Positions 29,184-39,310 of a stretch of DNA of 64,000 nucleotides are shown here, one piece after another. The notes under the pieces were generated by a model, which saw only the letters and a list, made by a program, of their open reading frames with translations, did no database searches and was not told where the DNA came from. The stretch covers positions 53,384 through 117,383 of the forward strand of contig WRCD01000002.1 of NCBI GenBank assembly GCA_009784185.1, in the 5' to 3' direction. Numbering within the stretch: position 1 is the stretch's first letter; each line of letters begins with the position of its first letter. The position numbers and the translations under genes were made by a program. Origin of the DNA: Bacillota bacterium (lineage in GTDB: Bacteria; Bacillota; Clostridia; Christensenellales; UBA1242).

Positions 29184-32100
29184 ATGTTTGAACTAAATAA
29201 CTTTGATTCAATCCGGATAAGCATCGCAAGCCCTGAAAAAATCAGGGAATGGAGTCACGGAGAGGTTACTAAGCCGGAGACCATTAACTACAGGACGCTT
29301 AAGCCCGAAATAAACGGGCTGTTTTGCGAGCGTATATTTGGGCCTAGAAAAGACTTTGAATGTCATTGCGGCAAGTATAAACGAATCAGATACAAAGGAC
29401 ACCATTGTGAAAAGTGCGGCGTGGAAATAACCCGCAGCAAGGTGCGCCGCGAGCGCATGGGGCACATTGAACTTGCAACCCCTGTCAGCCACATCTGGTT
29501 TGTGCGGGGCGTGCCCAGCAGAGTTGGCAGTATATTGGAGCTTACGGCAAAAAGCCTGGAGCAGGTGCTGTATTATGCCAGCTATATTGTGCTGGACCCG
29601 GGCACAACCAAGTTTACTAAAAAGCAGATTATTTCCGATAAGGAATATCGCGAGGCTCTTGAAGAGTTTGGATACAAAAGCTTCAGAGCCGGCATGGGCG
29701 GAGAAGCTGTACGTGAACTGCTTAGTGAAATTAACCTTGAGGCTGAGGCTGCCGTTTTACGTGAGCAGATGACCACTACTAAGGGCCAGAAGAAGCTTAA
29801 AGCAATTAAAAAACTGGACATAGTAAACTCGTTTTTAAAGAGCGGCAACAATCCGCGCTGGATGATTTTGGACGTGCTGCCGGTTATTCCGCCGGAGCTT
29901 AGGCCAATGATTCAGCTGGACGGCGGCAGATACGCAAGCAGCGACCTTAACGACCTGTATCGCCGGGTTATTAACAGAAACAACAGGCTTAAAAAACTGA
30001 TTGACCTTGGCGCGCCCGATGTTATTGTACGTAACGAAAAACGTATGTTGCAGGAAGCGGTTGATGCGCTCATCGACAACGGCAAGCGCGGCAAGCCTGT
30101 ACAGGGTGCTAAGCAGAGAGAGCTTAAATCACTTACAGCTATGATTAGCGGAAAGCAGGGCCGGTTTAGGCAAAACCTGCTTGGTAAGCGTGTAGACTAT
30201 TCCGGCCGTTCGGTTATCGTGGTTGGACCTGAACTTAAATTGTATCAATGCGGAGTGCCTAAAGAAATGGCACTGGAGCTGTTTAAGCCGTTTGTAATGA
30301 AAAAGCTGGTAGAGCTTAACTTTACCCAGAACATAAAAAGCGCAAAACGTATGGTAGAGCGCGAAAAACCGCAGGTTTGGGATATCTTGGAAGAGGTTAT
30401 TAAAGACCACCCGGTTATTTTAAACCGTGCGCCAACCCTTCACAGGCTTAGCATTCAGGCGTTTGAGCCGGTGCTGGTAGAGGGCAGAGCTATTAAATTG
30501 CATCCTTTAGTGTGCCCGGGCTTTAACGCCGACTTTGACGGTGACACCATGGCTATTCATGTACCATTAAGTTTGGAGGCTCGAAGCGAAGCCCGTCTCC
30601 TTATGCTTGCCAGCAACAACATCCTTAAGCCGGCTTCGGGAGCTCCCGTAGTTACTCCTAACCAGGATATTATCCTTGGCTCATATTACCTGTCATTAGA
30701 AAAAGATGGCGCAATAGGCGAAGGTACAATGTTTACCAGCGAAGACGAGGCGCTGCTGGCTTACCAGGACAAGGTTATTGAGCTTCAGGCAAAAATCTGG
30801 GTGCGAAGAACGGTTGAGTTTGAGGGCAAAAATTACACCGGCAGAACTCAGACTACAACCGGAAGAATAATACTAAACCGTGTTGTTAGTCAGGATCTTG
30901 GTTTTGTTGACAGAACCAAAAAAGAAAACATATTCATGTACGAGATTCATTTTCCGGTTGGAAAAGGCAAAATGGGCGAGATTACTGGTGCTGCGTATGC
31001 TAAGCACGGAACAACAGCCACCGCATCAATGCTGGATAAAATAAAAGAAATCTGCTTTAAGTTCAGCACGGTGGGTGCGGCAACGGTAAACGTGTTTGAT
31101 ATGAAGATGCCGGAAGAGAAAGCCAAAATTATTGCCGAGTATCAGGAAATGGCTACCAAAAACGAAAAGTTGTTTGACCGCGGACTGATTACACGTGACG
31201 AAAAGGTTAACAAAAATGTTGAGCTTTGGAACGCTGCAACCCAAAAGATTAAAGCGGTTGTGGTTGCCGGTATGGACAAGTTTAACCCTATTAAGATGAT
31301 GGTAGACAGTAAGGCCAGGGGAACCGAAGAACAGCTTAACCAGCTTTGCGGAATTCGTGGAATTATTGCAAACGCTTCAGGTAAAAAGGTTGATATTCCG
31401 GTATTGTCCAGCTTTAGAGAAGGCCTTAGCAGCCACGAATACTTTATGTCTGCGCGCGGCGGACGTAAGGGTCTGGCCGACACGGCACTTAAAACGGCCG
31501 ACGCAGGATACTTAACCCGAAGGCTGGTTGACATAGCTCACGGTGTAGTGGTTGTGGAAGATGACTGCTTTAAGGCGGCGGGTGAAACTGTTAAGGGTCA
31601 GGTTGTTTCTGATATGGTAAACGGTGACCAGGTGATTGAAAAACTTGAAAACCGTATTGTAGGCAGGGTTAGCGTTGAAGATATTATTAACCCTAAAACC
31701 AGACAGCCGTTTGTTAAAGCAGGCGAACTTATATCTAAGGCTGCCGCAGATGCAATTGTTGCAGCCGGAATTAAGAGTGTAAATATAAGAACAATTCTTA
31801 CCTGCAGAAGCAAAAACGGTGTATGTGCAAAATGCTACGGACGTGACCTTGGCAGCACCGGCCTTGTTGAAGTGGGCGAAGCTGTTGGTGTAATTGCCGC
31901 TCAAAGCGTAGGCGAGCCCGGCACCCAGCTTACAATGAGAACCTTCCACACAGGTGGTATTGCCTCTGCTGCCGACATGACTCAAGGTCTGCCGCGTGTA
32001 GAAGAAATATTTGAAGCACGAAGGCCGGGCGGTGTGGCCATGGTCAGCGAGGGCGCCGGCCGGGTTACGGTACGCGATGTTGATAAACGTAAAGAAGTTG

Positions 32101-32789
32101 TAATTAAAAACGGTGACGGTGAAGTTAGTTACTTGCTTCCCGCAAGAAGTATTATTAAGGTTAAAACCGGTGACAACGTTGAATCAGGCACGCCTTTAAC
32201 CGAAGGCGCATTATACCCGCAGGATATTTTGCGTACTAGAGGGCTTAAAGATGTTCAGGAATACCTGCTTAAAGAAGTTATATCGGTTTATAAAAGTCAG
32301 AGCGTTGACATCAACCCTAAGCACGTAGAAATTATTATCAGGCAGATGCTGAGAAAAGTTAAAATCGACTCAAGCGGCGATACGCAATACATCCCCGGTG
32401 ATATGGTTGACATAAACGATTATGAGGAAGTTAACCAGAAAATTATTATGGATGGCGGAGTGCCGGCTACGGCAAAACGAATTCTGTTGGGCGTAACAAA
32501 GTCGAGTCTTACCACAACCTCGTTCTTGTCGGCAGCCAGCTTCCAGGAATCAAGCAGAGTGCTGACTGAAGCTGCAATTAAGGGTAAGGTAGACAGACTT
32601 GTAGGACTAAAGGAAAACGTTATTATTGGTAAACTTATTCCGGCAGGAACCGGCCTGAAGCAATATACTTCGGTTATGCCCGCCAACAGCGTAGACAGTA
32701 AAAGTGCAGCCAGCAAGTTTTTAAGCGGATTTAACAACCAGACAGCCGACGACGATTACGAAATAGCTAAGCAAGAATACAGTGACTAA
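29184..32789 (+). CDS. rpoC: DNA-directed RNA polymerase subunit beta'
   Basis: [42 protein letters not shown]. Confidence 0.99.
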   Translation: MFELNNFDSIRISIASPEKIREWSHGEVTKPETINYRTLKPEINGLFCERIFGPRKDFECHCGKYKRIRYKGHHCEKCGVEITRSKVRRERMGHIELATPVSHIWFVRGVPSRVGSILELTAKSLEQVLYYASYIVLDPGTTKFTKKQIISDKEYREALEEFGYKSFRAGMGGEAVRELLSEINLEAEAAVLREQMTTTKGQKKLKAIKKLDIVNSFLKSGNNPRWMILDVLPVIPPELRPMIQLDGGRYASSDLNDLYRRVINRNNRLKKLIDLGAPDVIVRNEKRMLQEAVDALIDNGKRGKPVQGAKQRELKSLTAMISGKQGRFRQNLLGKRVDYSGRSVIVVGPELKLYQCGVPKEMALELFKPFVMKKLVELNFTQNIKSAKRMVEREKPQVWDILEEVIKDHPVILNRAPTLHRLSIQAFEPVLVEGRAIKLHPLVCPGFNADFDGDTMAIHVPLSLEARSEARLLMLASNNILKPASGAPVVTPNQDIILGSYYLSLEKDGAIGEGTMFTSEDEALLAYQDKVIELQAKIWVRRTVEFEGKNYTGRTQTTTGRIILNRVVSQDLGFVDRTKKENIFMYEIHFPVGKGKMGEITGAAYAKHGTTATASMLDKIKEICFKFSTVGAATVNVFDMKMPEEKAKIIAEYQEMATKNEKLFDRGLITRDEKVNKNVELWNAATQKIKAVVVAGMDKFNPIKMMVDSKARGTEEQLNQLCGIRGIIANASGKKVDIPVLSSFREGLSSHEYFMSARGGRKGLADTALKTADAGYLTRRLVDIAHGVVVVEDDCFKAAGETVKGQVVSDMVNGDQVIEKLENRIVGRVSVEDIINPKTRQPFVKAGELISKAAADAIVAAGIKSVNIRTILTCRSKNGVCAKCYGRDLGSTGLVEVGEAVGVIAAQSVGEPGTQLTMRTFHTGGIASAADMTQGLPRVEEIFEARRPGGVAMVSEGAGRVTVRDVDKRKEVVIKNGDGEVSYLLPARSIIKVKTGDNVESGTPLTEGALYPQDILRTRGLKDVQEYLLKEVISVYKSQSVDINPKHVEIIIRQMLRKVKIDSSGDTQYIPGDMVDINDYEEVNQKIIMDGGVPATAKRILLGVTKSSLTTTSFLSAASFQESSRVLTEAAIKGKVDRLVGLKENVIIGKLIPAGTGLKQYTSVMPANSVDSKSAASKFLSGFNNQTADDDYEIAKQEYSD

Positions 32790-32791
32790 TT

Positions 32792-32817
32792 AAAAAACTC
32801 CCAGACGGGAGTTTTTT
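32792..32817 (+). terminator. rpoBC intrinsic terminator
   Basis: AAAAAACTCCCAGACGGGAGTTTTTT. Confidence 0.85.
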
Positions 32818-32826
32818 GTATTAACT

Positions 32827-32869
32827 CCACACCCCCCACTTCGTGGCACCCCTCTTATAGAGGGGAATT
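32827..32869 (-). repeat. Family A singlet (reverse)
   Basis: CCACACCCCCCACTTCGTGGCACCCCTCTTATAGAGGGGAATT. Confidence 0.88.
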
Positions 32870-32907
32870 TTCTTGCTATTTAATTCCAACTGCGCTATAC
32901 TGTATTA

Positions 32908-33984
32908 ATGAAGTTTAAGCGGGACTATTATAATCCGGAGGATTCCGGAATCGGGTTTGTTGCCGGGGTGGTTGCACCTCAGATTATTATATTTGCCTTA
33001 GGAATAATTCTTGTTATTGTGGCTGCAATTGCCGGCGTAACTTACAACGAAATTATTACCACCGCACCGGCATTGTTTATTAGTGCGGCACTTGCCGAAC
33101 TCAGCTTTTATTTTGTATATTTAATTATTACAAAAGCCCGCAGAATAAACGGCGTAAAAGCCGCGTGGCTTAATAAAGGCGTAAATTTCAAAACCGTTGC
33201 GGTGCTGATTTGTCTTGGTGCGGCCATGACCGTGCTATTTTCTCCGATAATCGGAATACTGGATTATGTTATTTCGCTGACGGGTTATGAGTTAGCGGGC
33301 TTAAATCTTCCGCTTGATAATTTTGGATATTATCTGCTGGCCGTTTTGCTTATGGCTGCGCTTCCTGCTTTCTGTGAGGAATTTCTCTTTAGGGGAATTA
33401 TTTTAAACGGCTTGCGCAAATACGGAATGTGGGCAAGCGTGCTTATAAGTGCGCTATGTTTTATGCTGATGCACGGAAACATTCAGCAGACTGCATACAC
33501 GTTTTTTCTGGGCATAATGCTTGGGTATGTGGTATACAAAACCCGCAGCTTGTGGGCGGGAATTATATTGCACTTTGTAAACAACTTTATTGTTATTACC
33601 TTTATGTATTTGCACGAAATTGGCGTGCTGGAAGCTGAAGTTATGACTTCTGTCAGTTGGGCAGATGCGGGCTATGCGGTTGGGGCAATGATTATTGGTG
33701 CCGGAGCGGTTTGGCTTGCGGTATGGCTGATTAAAAAATGGAACACACCATCCGTCACTGCGAGTGTCTCTGGAGACGGATTCAAACGAAGCAGTCCCAT
33801 GGATAAAACTTCTGCCGAGGGGATTGCTTCGCCTGAAGATGTCTCGGGTGAGTCTCGCAATGACAGAGTGCCGCTAAAAGACTTGTTTAAATCCCCGTTT
33901 ACGGTGCTGATGTTTGCGGCAGGTCTTGCTATAGGTTTGGCGCTTTGGTTATATAACTTTATATATAAAGCATTTATTATTTAG
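32908..33984 (+). CDS. CPBP (Abi/CAAX) family intramembrane metalloprotease, with an in-frame repeat insertion
   Basis: PAFCEEFLFRG, FMLMH, ILHFVNN. Confidence 0.9.
   Translation: MKFKRDYYNPEDSGIGFVAGVVAPQIIIFALGIILVIVAAIAGVTYNEIITTAPALFISAALAELSFYFVYLIITKARRINGVKAAWLNKGVNFKTVAVLICLGAAMTVLFSPIIGILDYVISLTGYELAGLNLPLDNFGYYLLAVLLMAALPAFCEEFLFRGIILNGLRKYGMWASVLISALCFMLMHGNIQQTAYTFFLGIMLGYVVYKTRSLWAGIILHFVNNFIVITFMYLHEIGVLEAEVMTSVSWADAGYAVGAMIIGAGAVWLAVWLIKKWNTPSVTASVSGDGFKRSSPMDKTSAEGIASPEDVSGESRNDRVPLKDLFKSPFTVLMFAAGLAIGLALWLYNFIYKAFII
33754..33864. repeat. Family B inverted doublet inside the CPBP CDS
   Basis: GTCACTGCGAG...CGAAGCAGTCCC / GGGATTGCTTCG...CTCGCAATGAC, 111 bp. Confidence 0.85.
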
Positions 33985-33999
33985 GAGAGCAGAAAGCAA

Positions 34000-34107
34000 A
34001 ATTCCCCTTTGCTCCGCTAAGGGGTGGCAGGCGAAGCCTGACGGGGTAGTTGCTTGCGTTATCACATACCCCGCCCTTCGGGCACCCCTTTATCTTAAAG
34101 GGGAATT
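34000..34107. repeat. Family A inverted doublet
   Basis: AATTCCCCTT..AAGGGGTGGCAGGCGAAGCCTGACGGGGT ... ACCCCGCCCTTCGGGCACCCCTTT..AAAGGGGAATT. Confidence 0.88.
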
Positions 34108-34128
34108 AATTACAACACAGGAGTTAAC

Positions 34129-35334
34129 TTGGAAAACAACACCACAAAACAACCGTTAATAAAAAACAAACTGCTATTTTACACGGGGCTGGCTTATTTT
34201 ATTATTCTGCTGCTGTTTATTGGTCTCAGGGTGGCGTTTTTACTTATTGACTTTGGTGATATGCCGCTTGTATGGAAGGACAGGCTGTTTACAATCTGCA
34301 CTCAGATAATAATTATGGGTGCTGTACCCGTATTGCTTATATGGTGGTTCACCAGACCAACAAAGCAGGAATTTGTAAAAAGATTTTCGCTTAATACCGT
34401 AAACTGGCAATCCATATTATATACAATAGCTCTGGGTGTTTGTTTTTACTTTCTGACTATTGCAATTTCCAGTTTCTTTAACGGAATTATAGGTATGCTG
34501 GGCTATGCGCCGCCGGAGCCGGTTAAGGCAGATGTAACTGAGTCGCCGGCAGTCTATTTTTTGCTGGCGGTGCTGTTTACCGCAATTCTGCCGGGCATAT
34601 TTGAGGAGGTTTCGCACCGCGGAATGCTGCTTGGCGGGTTAAAAAGCCAGGGCAGTAACCTGCGTGCCGTAATACTCTGCGGATTGCTGTTTGGACTTAT
34701 GCACTTAAACATAACGCAGTTTTTCTATACTGCAATTATCGGTATGCTGCTGGCTCAGCTTACCATAATTACTAAGAGCATAATCCCCGCTATTATCATA
34801 CATATTGTAAGCAACTTTCTGGGCACGTATTTTTCACACGCAGACAAAAACGATTGGTGGCTGGGCGGCTTTTACGATTCAATAAACGGCTTTTTTGCCA
34901 GCAACAACGTTTTTGTGGTATTTATAGCAGTGTTTTTAATAATGTCACTTATTGTTTTTGTAATTCTGGGATTATTTATAAGGCTGTTTATTGAGCGCGG
35001 AAACAAAGACTTTAAAGATTTTGTTAAAAAGTTTAAAGCCAAAATGCAAGCCGACGGGCAGGCGGATGGAATTGACTTTAACAACCAGGCGTTAATGCTA
35101 AGCTATTACCGTCAGGTACAATTATTAAAACGGCAGTCGGAAGCACAGGCAAACGGCATGACCGATAGCGAATATGGCGCATATTTAAAAAAGCACGGTA
35201 TGCTGAATGTAATGCTGGCGGATGAGCGGGTGAGCATGGCTAAACCTTCGTTTTGGGAGAACTTCTTTTTTTACGCTTCAATTACGCTTGGGGTAATTGT
35301 AACCATATTTACATTTGTTTGGGGAGTATTGTAA
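34129..35334 (+). CDS. CPBP (Abi/CAAX) family intramembrane metalloprotease
   Basis: PGIFEEVSHRG, FGLMH, IIHIVSN; TTG start after AGGAG. Confidence 0.9.
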   Translation: MENNTTKQPLIKNKLLFYTGLAYFIILLLFIGLRVAFLLIDFGDMPLVWKDRLFTICTQIIIMGAVPVLLIWWFTRPTKQEFVKRFSLNTVNWQSILYTIALGVCFYFLTIAISSFFNGIIGMLGYAPPEPVKADVTESPAVYFLLAVLFTAILPGIFEEVSHRGMLLGGLKSQGSNLRAVILCGLLFGLMHLNITQFFYTAIIGMLLAQLTIITKSIIPAIIIHIVSNFLGTYFSHADKNDWWLGGFYDSINGFFASNNVFVVFIAVFLIMSLIVFVILGLFIRLFIERGNKDFKDFVKKFKAKMQADGQADGIDFNNQALMLSYYRQVQLLKRQSEAQANGMTDSEYGAYLKKHGMLNVMLADERVSMAKPSFWENFFFYASITLGVIVTIFTFVWGVL

Positions 35335-35790
35335 ATGCTGGAACTGAGAATTATTTGTGTAGGCGGGCTTAAAGAAAACTACTTTAAGCAAGCCGTAGAG
35401 GAATACACCAAACGCCTTAGCGCATGGTGCAATGTAAATATTATTGAGGTAGCGGAAGCTGCACCTGCAGGGAACGACCCGAGCCCGGCGGAGGCGGAGA
35501 GAATTGCCAGGCACCTGAAGGGCTATGTAATAGTCGGTGATATTGGCGGCAAAGCGTATACCAGCCCGCAGCTATCGGAAACAATAAACGATGTAATGTC
35601 CGGCGGAAACTCATGTATCAGTTTTGTAATCGGCGGTTCATGGGGCTTAAATGACACAATTAAGAAAAGAGCAGACCTGCGCCTGTCATTCGGAAGTTTT
35701 ACTTATCCGCACCAGTTGTTTAGAGTAATGGCGCTGGAGCAATTCTACCGAGTGTTTACTATTTTGAACGGTACGCCGTACCATAAGTAG
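35335..35790 (+). CDS. rlmH: 23S rRNA (pseudouridine1915-N3)-methyltransferase
   Basis: EYTKRLS, FVIGGSWGL, LSFGSFTYPHQL, EQFYR, PYHK. Confidence 0.95.
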   Translation: MLELRIICVGGLKENYFKQAVEEYTKRLSAWCNVNIIEVAEAAPAGNDPSPAEAERIARHLKGYVIVGDIGGKAYTSPQLSETINDVMSGGNSCISFVIGGSWGLNDTIKKRADLRLSFGSFTYPHQLFRVMALEQFYRVFTILNGTPYHK

Positions 35791-35892
35791 AATGAATAAT
35801 GAATAGTGAATAATGAATAATGTCGGGTCGCTTCGCTCCAGGAAGTGCTGTCATTGCGAGCATTTCTATTCCGGATTCAAACGAAGCAATCC
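35791..35892 (+). repeat. Mosaic repeat: (AATGAAT)x4 + GGGTCGCTTCGCTCC + complete family B unit
   Basis: Same order of modules as 15534-15620. Confidence 0.85.
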
Positions 35893-36071
35893 GCTGGACA
35901 GAAGTCAAGAGTTGTAGGTGCACAAAGCAAAATTACCCAATTCCTTCGGGGCGGAAAGACGGAGTAACAGCGGTCAAAGAAGAGTCCGTGCTGTTGGCCG
36001 CGGCAAGGCCGCGACTAGCCGCTTGGCGTTAGCCGAGCGCAAAAAACAAGTACAATTCATATATGTTTTGT

Positions 36072-37043
36072 ATGAAACACAACCAGTTAGAGCAACAGAT
36101 TTTAGAGTTCAAAAACTCCGGCATCAAAGTGTTCAGCATCGGTAAGTCTGTGCTGGGAAGAAACATCTGGTGCGTGGCGGTGGGGAGCGGTGAGCCAAGT
36201 GTCATCATTCAATATGCTATTCACGCCAGGGAGTACATAACTGCTTATTTGGCGATAGAGCATATCAAACTTTCGTTTGGCTACCCCGTCTGTCTCGCTG
36301 GCGCAAAATCTAACCATTGCCATTGCGAGACGGCACCAATAATTCCCCTCTTGAGAGGGGTGGCACGAAGTGACGGGGTGTGTTTAGCGAAGCAATCCCT
36401 TGGGTTGGGTGCAATTTACTTTATCCCATGTGCTAATCCCGATGGAGTTGCTCTTGCGCTGGATGGAGGAAGTGACTTCAGCCTATGGAAGGCAAATGCA
36501 AATGCTGTTGACCTTAACCGCAACTTTGATGCCAAATGGGGACAGGGTACGGACAATAAGTTTGAACCAGCCTCAGAAAACTATATTGGCAAACACGCTC
36601 ATAGCGAGCCGGAGACCAGGGCACTGGCGGAATTTACCTTAAAAGTAAAACCCAAACTTACAATCAGTTATCACTCCAAAGGAGAGGAAATATATTACGA
36701 GTTCGGACAAACAGGCGTTCGCCTGGAGCGGGATAGGAAAATAGCGGAAGCTATATCCGGCATAACCGGCTATACAATTAAATCCACGCCCGGCAATACC
36801 GGAGGCTATAAAGACTGGTGTATGCAAAAATTAAAAATCCCCGCCTTGACAATTGAAGTTGGTAATGATATTCTTAACCACCCGATAGGAGTGGAACACC
36901 TGCCGGAAATTTTAGCCCAAAACAAAAATGTGCCGGCAAAGGCACTGGATATTGCAAATAAAATTCCCCTCCTTGGAGGGGTGCCCAAAGGGCGGGGTGG
37001 TTTAAAAAGGAGAAAGCAATGGAAAACGAGAAAGCATTATTAA
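36072..37043 (+). CDS. M14 family zinc carboxypeptidase (gamma-D-glutamyl-mDAP peptidase-like), with repeat-derived segments
   Basis: GKSVLGR, HAREYIT, NPDG, VDLNRNF, SEPET, SYHSKG, TIEVG. Confidence 0.88.
   Translation: MKHNQLEQQILEFKNSGIKVFSIGKSVLGRNIWCVAVGSGEPSVIIQYAIHAREYITAYLAIEHIKLSFGYPVCLAGAKSNHCHCETAPIIPLLRGVARSDGVCLAKQSLGLGAIYFIPCANPDGVALALDGGSDFSLWKANANAVDLNRNFDAKWGQGTDNKFEPASENYIGKHAHSEPETRALAEFTLKVKPKLTISYHSKGEEIYYEFGQTGVRLERDRKIAEAISGITGYTIKSTPGNTGGYKDWCMQKLKIPALTIEVGNDILNHPIGVEHLPEILAQNKNVPAKALDIANKIPLLGGVPKGRGGLKRRKQWKTRKHY
36319..36398 (+). repeat. Family A unit (36341-36382) nested inside a family B unit, inside the M14 CDS
   Basis: GCCATTGCGAG...[AATTCCCCTCTTGAGAGGGGTGGCACGAAGTGACGGGGTGTG]...CGAAGCAATCC. 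Confidence 0.85.
36962..37000 (+). repeat. Family A singlet forming the C-terminal codons of the M14 gene
   Basis: AATTCCCCTCCTTGGAGGGGTGCCCAAAGGGCGGGGTGG. Confidence 0.85.
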
Positions 37044-37480
37044 CAGACCCGGAAGTTAAACCAACAAACAAAATTATAGCCGCAGGTCTTGGCGGGGCAA
37101 GTGCGGCATACAACAACTTTCTTAGCGGGCTAAACGTACAGGACATCTCGCTTATGGAATGGCGGTACTATAACGACGGCAAGGCGTGGCTCTCTAAAGG
37201 CGAATACAAATGGACGACCCCGCGAGGGGCAAACAAGGTAAAGCCGCTGTTTTGGCTTTCCATCTGGGAAGGGTTTTTTAAAACGGCGTTTTTCTTTTCG
37301 GAGAAGCTTAGAGGGGACTTGCAAAACTTGCCATTAAGTAAAGAAACAAAGGAATTGATAGCAAACACCAAGCCAATGGGCAAAACAATGCGGTTTCTTC
37401 CGGTTGTGCTGGATATAAAGAGTGAAAAACAGCTTGCGGATGTTTATATGCTTGCGGAATTTAAAAAAGCCCAAATTTAA
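37019..37480 (+). CDS. DUF3788-like protein
   Basis: LLTDPEVKPT, EWRYYNDGKAWL.K, FWLSIWEG.FK; AGGAG SD. Confidence 0.7.
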   Translation: MENEKALLTDPEVKPTNKIIAAGLGGASAAYNNFLSGLNVQDISLMEWRYYNDGKAWLSKGEYKWTTPRGANKVKPLFWLSIWEGFFKTAFFFSEKLRGDLQNLPLSKETKELIANTKPMGKTMRFLPVVLDIKSEKQLADVYMLAEFKKAQI

Positions 37481-37491
37481 AGGGGAGAACT

Positions 37492-38298
37492 ATGGAAAGG
37501 AAACAGGAACAACTTTATTATAAAAACAAGAAACACATTGCATCAAGGGTGCAAAAAGAGCCGCAGCCTGATGAGGACAAGATTTTAGCATATCTTAAAA
37601 GCGGCAATTGCTTCGTAGCTTCGCCTGGAATTGCTGATGATATTTTTGCGCCTGAAAAACGCATTCTTGGCCCGTACTGTTATACCGATGGCGAGTGGGA
37701 CTGGGACAGTGCGCTAGTCTATTACATAGAAAACTACCACTTCAGAATCTCAGACGAATTTCTTGCGCATATAAAGGCTAAAAACTGGAAGTGTCATAGA
37801 ATGTCAAAAAAAGAGATATATGGATTTTGCAAGGCAGATTATATGGAAACATTAATGCGTATAGCTCTTGTTGAAGCCAAAAAGGCTGCTGCTGCCGACG
37901 AAGTGCCGGTGGGTGCTGTGGTTGTTAGAGACGGAGAGATTGTTGCGCGGGCACATAACTGTAAAATAAAAAACAACTCGGCATTTGCGCACGCCGAGCT
38001 AATAGCAATGACCAAAGCCGCAAAAAAACTGGGGGATTGGCGCCTTAACGAGTGTACGCTTTTTGTAACGTTAGAGCCATGCCCCATGTGCGCGGGTGCA
38101 ATAATAAACGCCAGAGTAAAGGAAGTGGTGTTTGGGGCATACGACCCCAAAGCCGGCTGCTGCGGCACGCTGTATAACTTGCCGGAAGATAAGCGCTTTA
38201 ACCACCGAGCAAAAGTAACCGGCGGAGTGCTGGAAGAAGAATGCGGCAGGATACTGACAGAGTATTTTAAAACGAAACGGAAAAATTCCCCTCTATAA
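37492..38298 (+). CDS. tadA: tRNA adenosine(34) deaminase TadA with an extra N-terminal domain of about 117 aa
   Basis: EVPVGAVVV, AHAEL, VTLEPCPMCAGA, YDPKAG; TadA core begins at ATG 37843. Confidence 0.88.
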   Translation: MERKQEQLYYKNKKHIASRVQKEPQPDEDKILAYLKSGNCFVASPGIADDIFAPEKRILGPYCYTDGEWDWDSALVYYIENYHFRISDEFLAHIKAKNWKCHRMSKKEIYGFCKADYMETLMRIALVEAKKAAAADEVPVGAVVVRDGEIVARAHNCKIKNNSAFAHAELIAMTKAAKKLGDWRLNECTLFVTLEPCPMCAGAIINARVKEVVFGAYDPKAGCCGTLYNLPEDKRFNHRAKVTGGVLEEECGRILTEYFKTKRKNSPL

Positions 38299-38328
38299 GA
38301 GGGGTGCCCGCATTGGGGCGGGGTGTGG
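38284..38328 (+). repeat. Family A singlet; supplies the tadA stop codon and is the left bound of the cargo block
   Basis: AATTCCCCTCTATAAGAGGGGTGCCCGCATTGGGGCGGGGTGTGG. Confidence 0.88.
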
Positions 38329-38521
38329 GCAATTGAGAATAAAATTCGTAGGTCAGAAAGACCCTGCTAATGGTGGTGAAAATGAGTAAAAAACCACAGG
38401 ATGCGTGGGGAAAAGTGGCAAATTTCAGCCCACCTACGAACTTAATAGTTCATACGACTAATTCACTATGCACCCACAATATGGCAACCGCATACTGCCA
38501 CAATATCAAAAGGAGAAAAAT

Positions 38522-39091
38522 ATGACTGAAATTTGTTATCAAGTTTTTGAAACAGTGGATGCTGTAAAAGAAAAGCTGAGAGAGGCTGGTTTCATTTTTT
38601 CTGAGTCATACGATAACCACGATTCATATTTCACGAGATTTGGCAAAGAAGAAGCGAAAAATCTTGAATATAAAAAATTGTTGGATAGTTCATTAATTGT
38701 TCGCTGGATTAAGAGTGAAAACTGGGAAGTGAAAAACATTCTTCATAAGACAAGAATTTTAGATAAAAAAGGGAATGTTATTAGTGAAGAAAAAACCAAG
38801 ATAGCTTGCAGTGACACAATTAAAGCTAAAATGATTTTTATTGATGCGGGTCTTAATTGTTGGTGCGATTTTGTTGTTCAAAACAATGAGTACAAAAAAG
38901 ACGATATTATTATAAATCTACAAGTTGTTGACAATTTAGGTGTGTTTATTGAAATAGAAGAATGCGATTCTATAAAAAACTATTCAGATAATGCTAAGTT
39001 GTATTACTTAAAAGAAATCATACAAAAGTTAAAAATAGAAACGGGAGAAGACTTCAGTTGCAAAAAACCCTATATGTTTCTGAACAGATGA
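38522..39091 (+). CDS. CYTH-domain (adenylate cyclase/triphosphatase-like) protein
   Basis: D.YF, LIVRW, EEKT, VVDNLGVFIEIEE; start after AAGGAG; AT-rich. Confidence 0.7.
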   Translation: MTEICYQVFETVDAVKEKLREAGFIFSESYDNHDSYFTRFGKEEAKNLEYKKLLDSSLIVRWIKSENWEVKNILHKTRILDKKGNVISEEKTKIACSDTIKAKMIFIDAGLNCWCDFVVQNNEYKKDDIIINLQVVDNLGVFIEIEECDSIKNYSDNAKLYYLKEIIQKLKIETGEDFSCKKPYMFLNR

Positions 39092-39093
39092 AA

Positions 39094-39156
39094 CCACCTT
39101 ACCAATCGACCTACTTCAGGGCAGTCACCCTACCAATCGACCTACGGAAACAGTTG
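39094..39156. repeat. Family D cassette-boundary motif, two tandem copies
   Basis: CCACCTTACCAATCGACCTAC and CACCCTACCAATCGACCTACGGAAACAGTTG. Confidence 0.8.
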
Positions 39157-39310
39157 AAGACAAAGTTCGACAAAAAATTTGACGCAGCATGTAGTGGAGG
39201 AGAGAAAAAATGAAACACAACATACAGGGGTTGAAAAGTGGATTACACAAACTCTGCACTCCTTGCCGGAAAAGTGGTATACACCAGCGATATGAAAAGG
39301 GAGAAAACAT

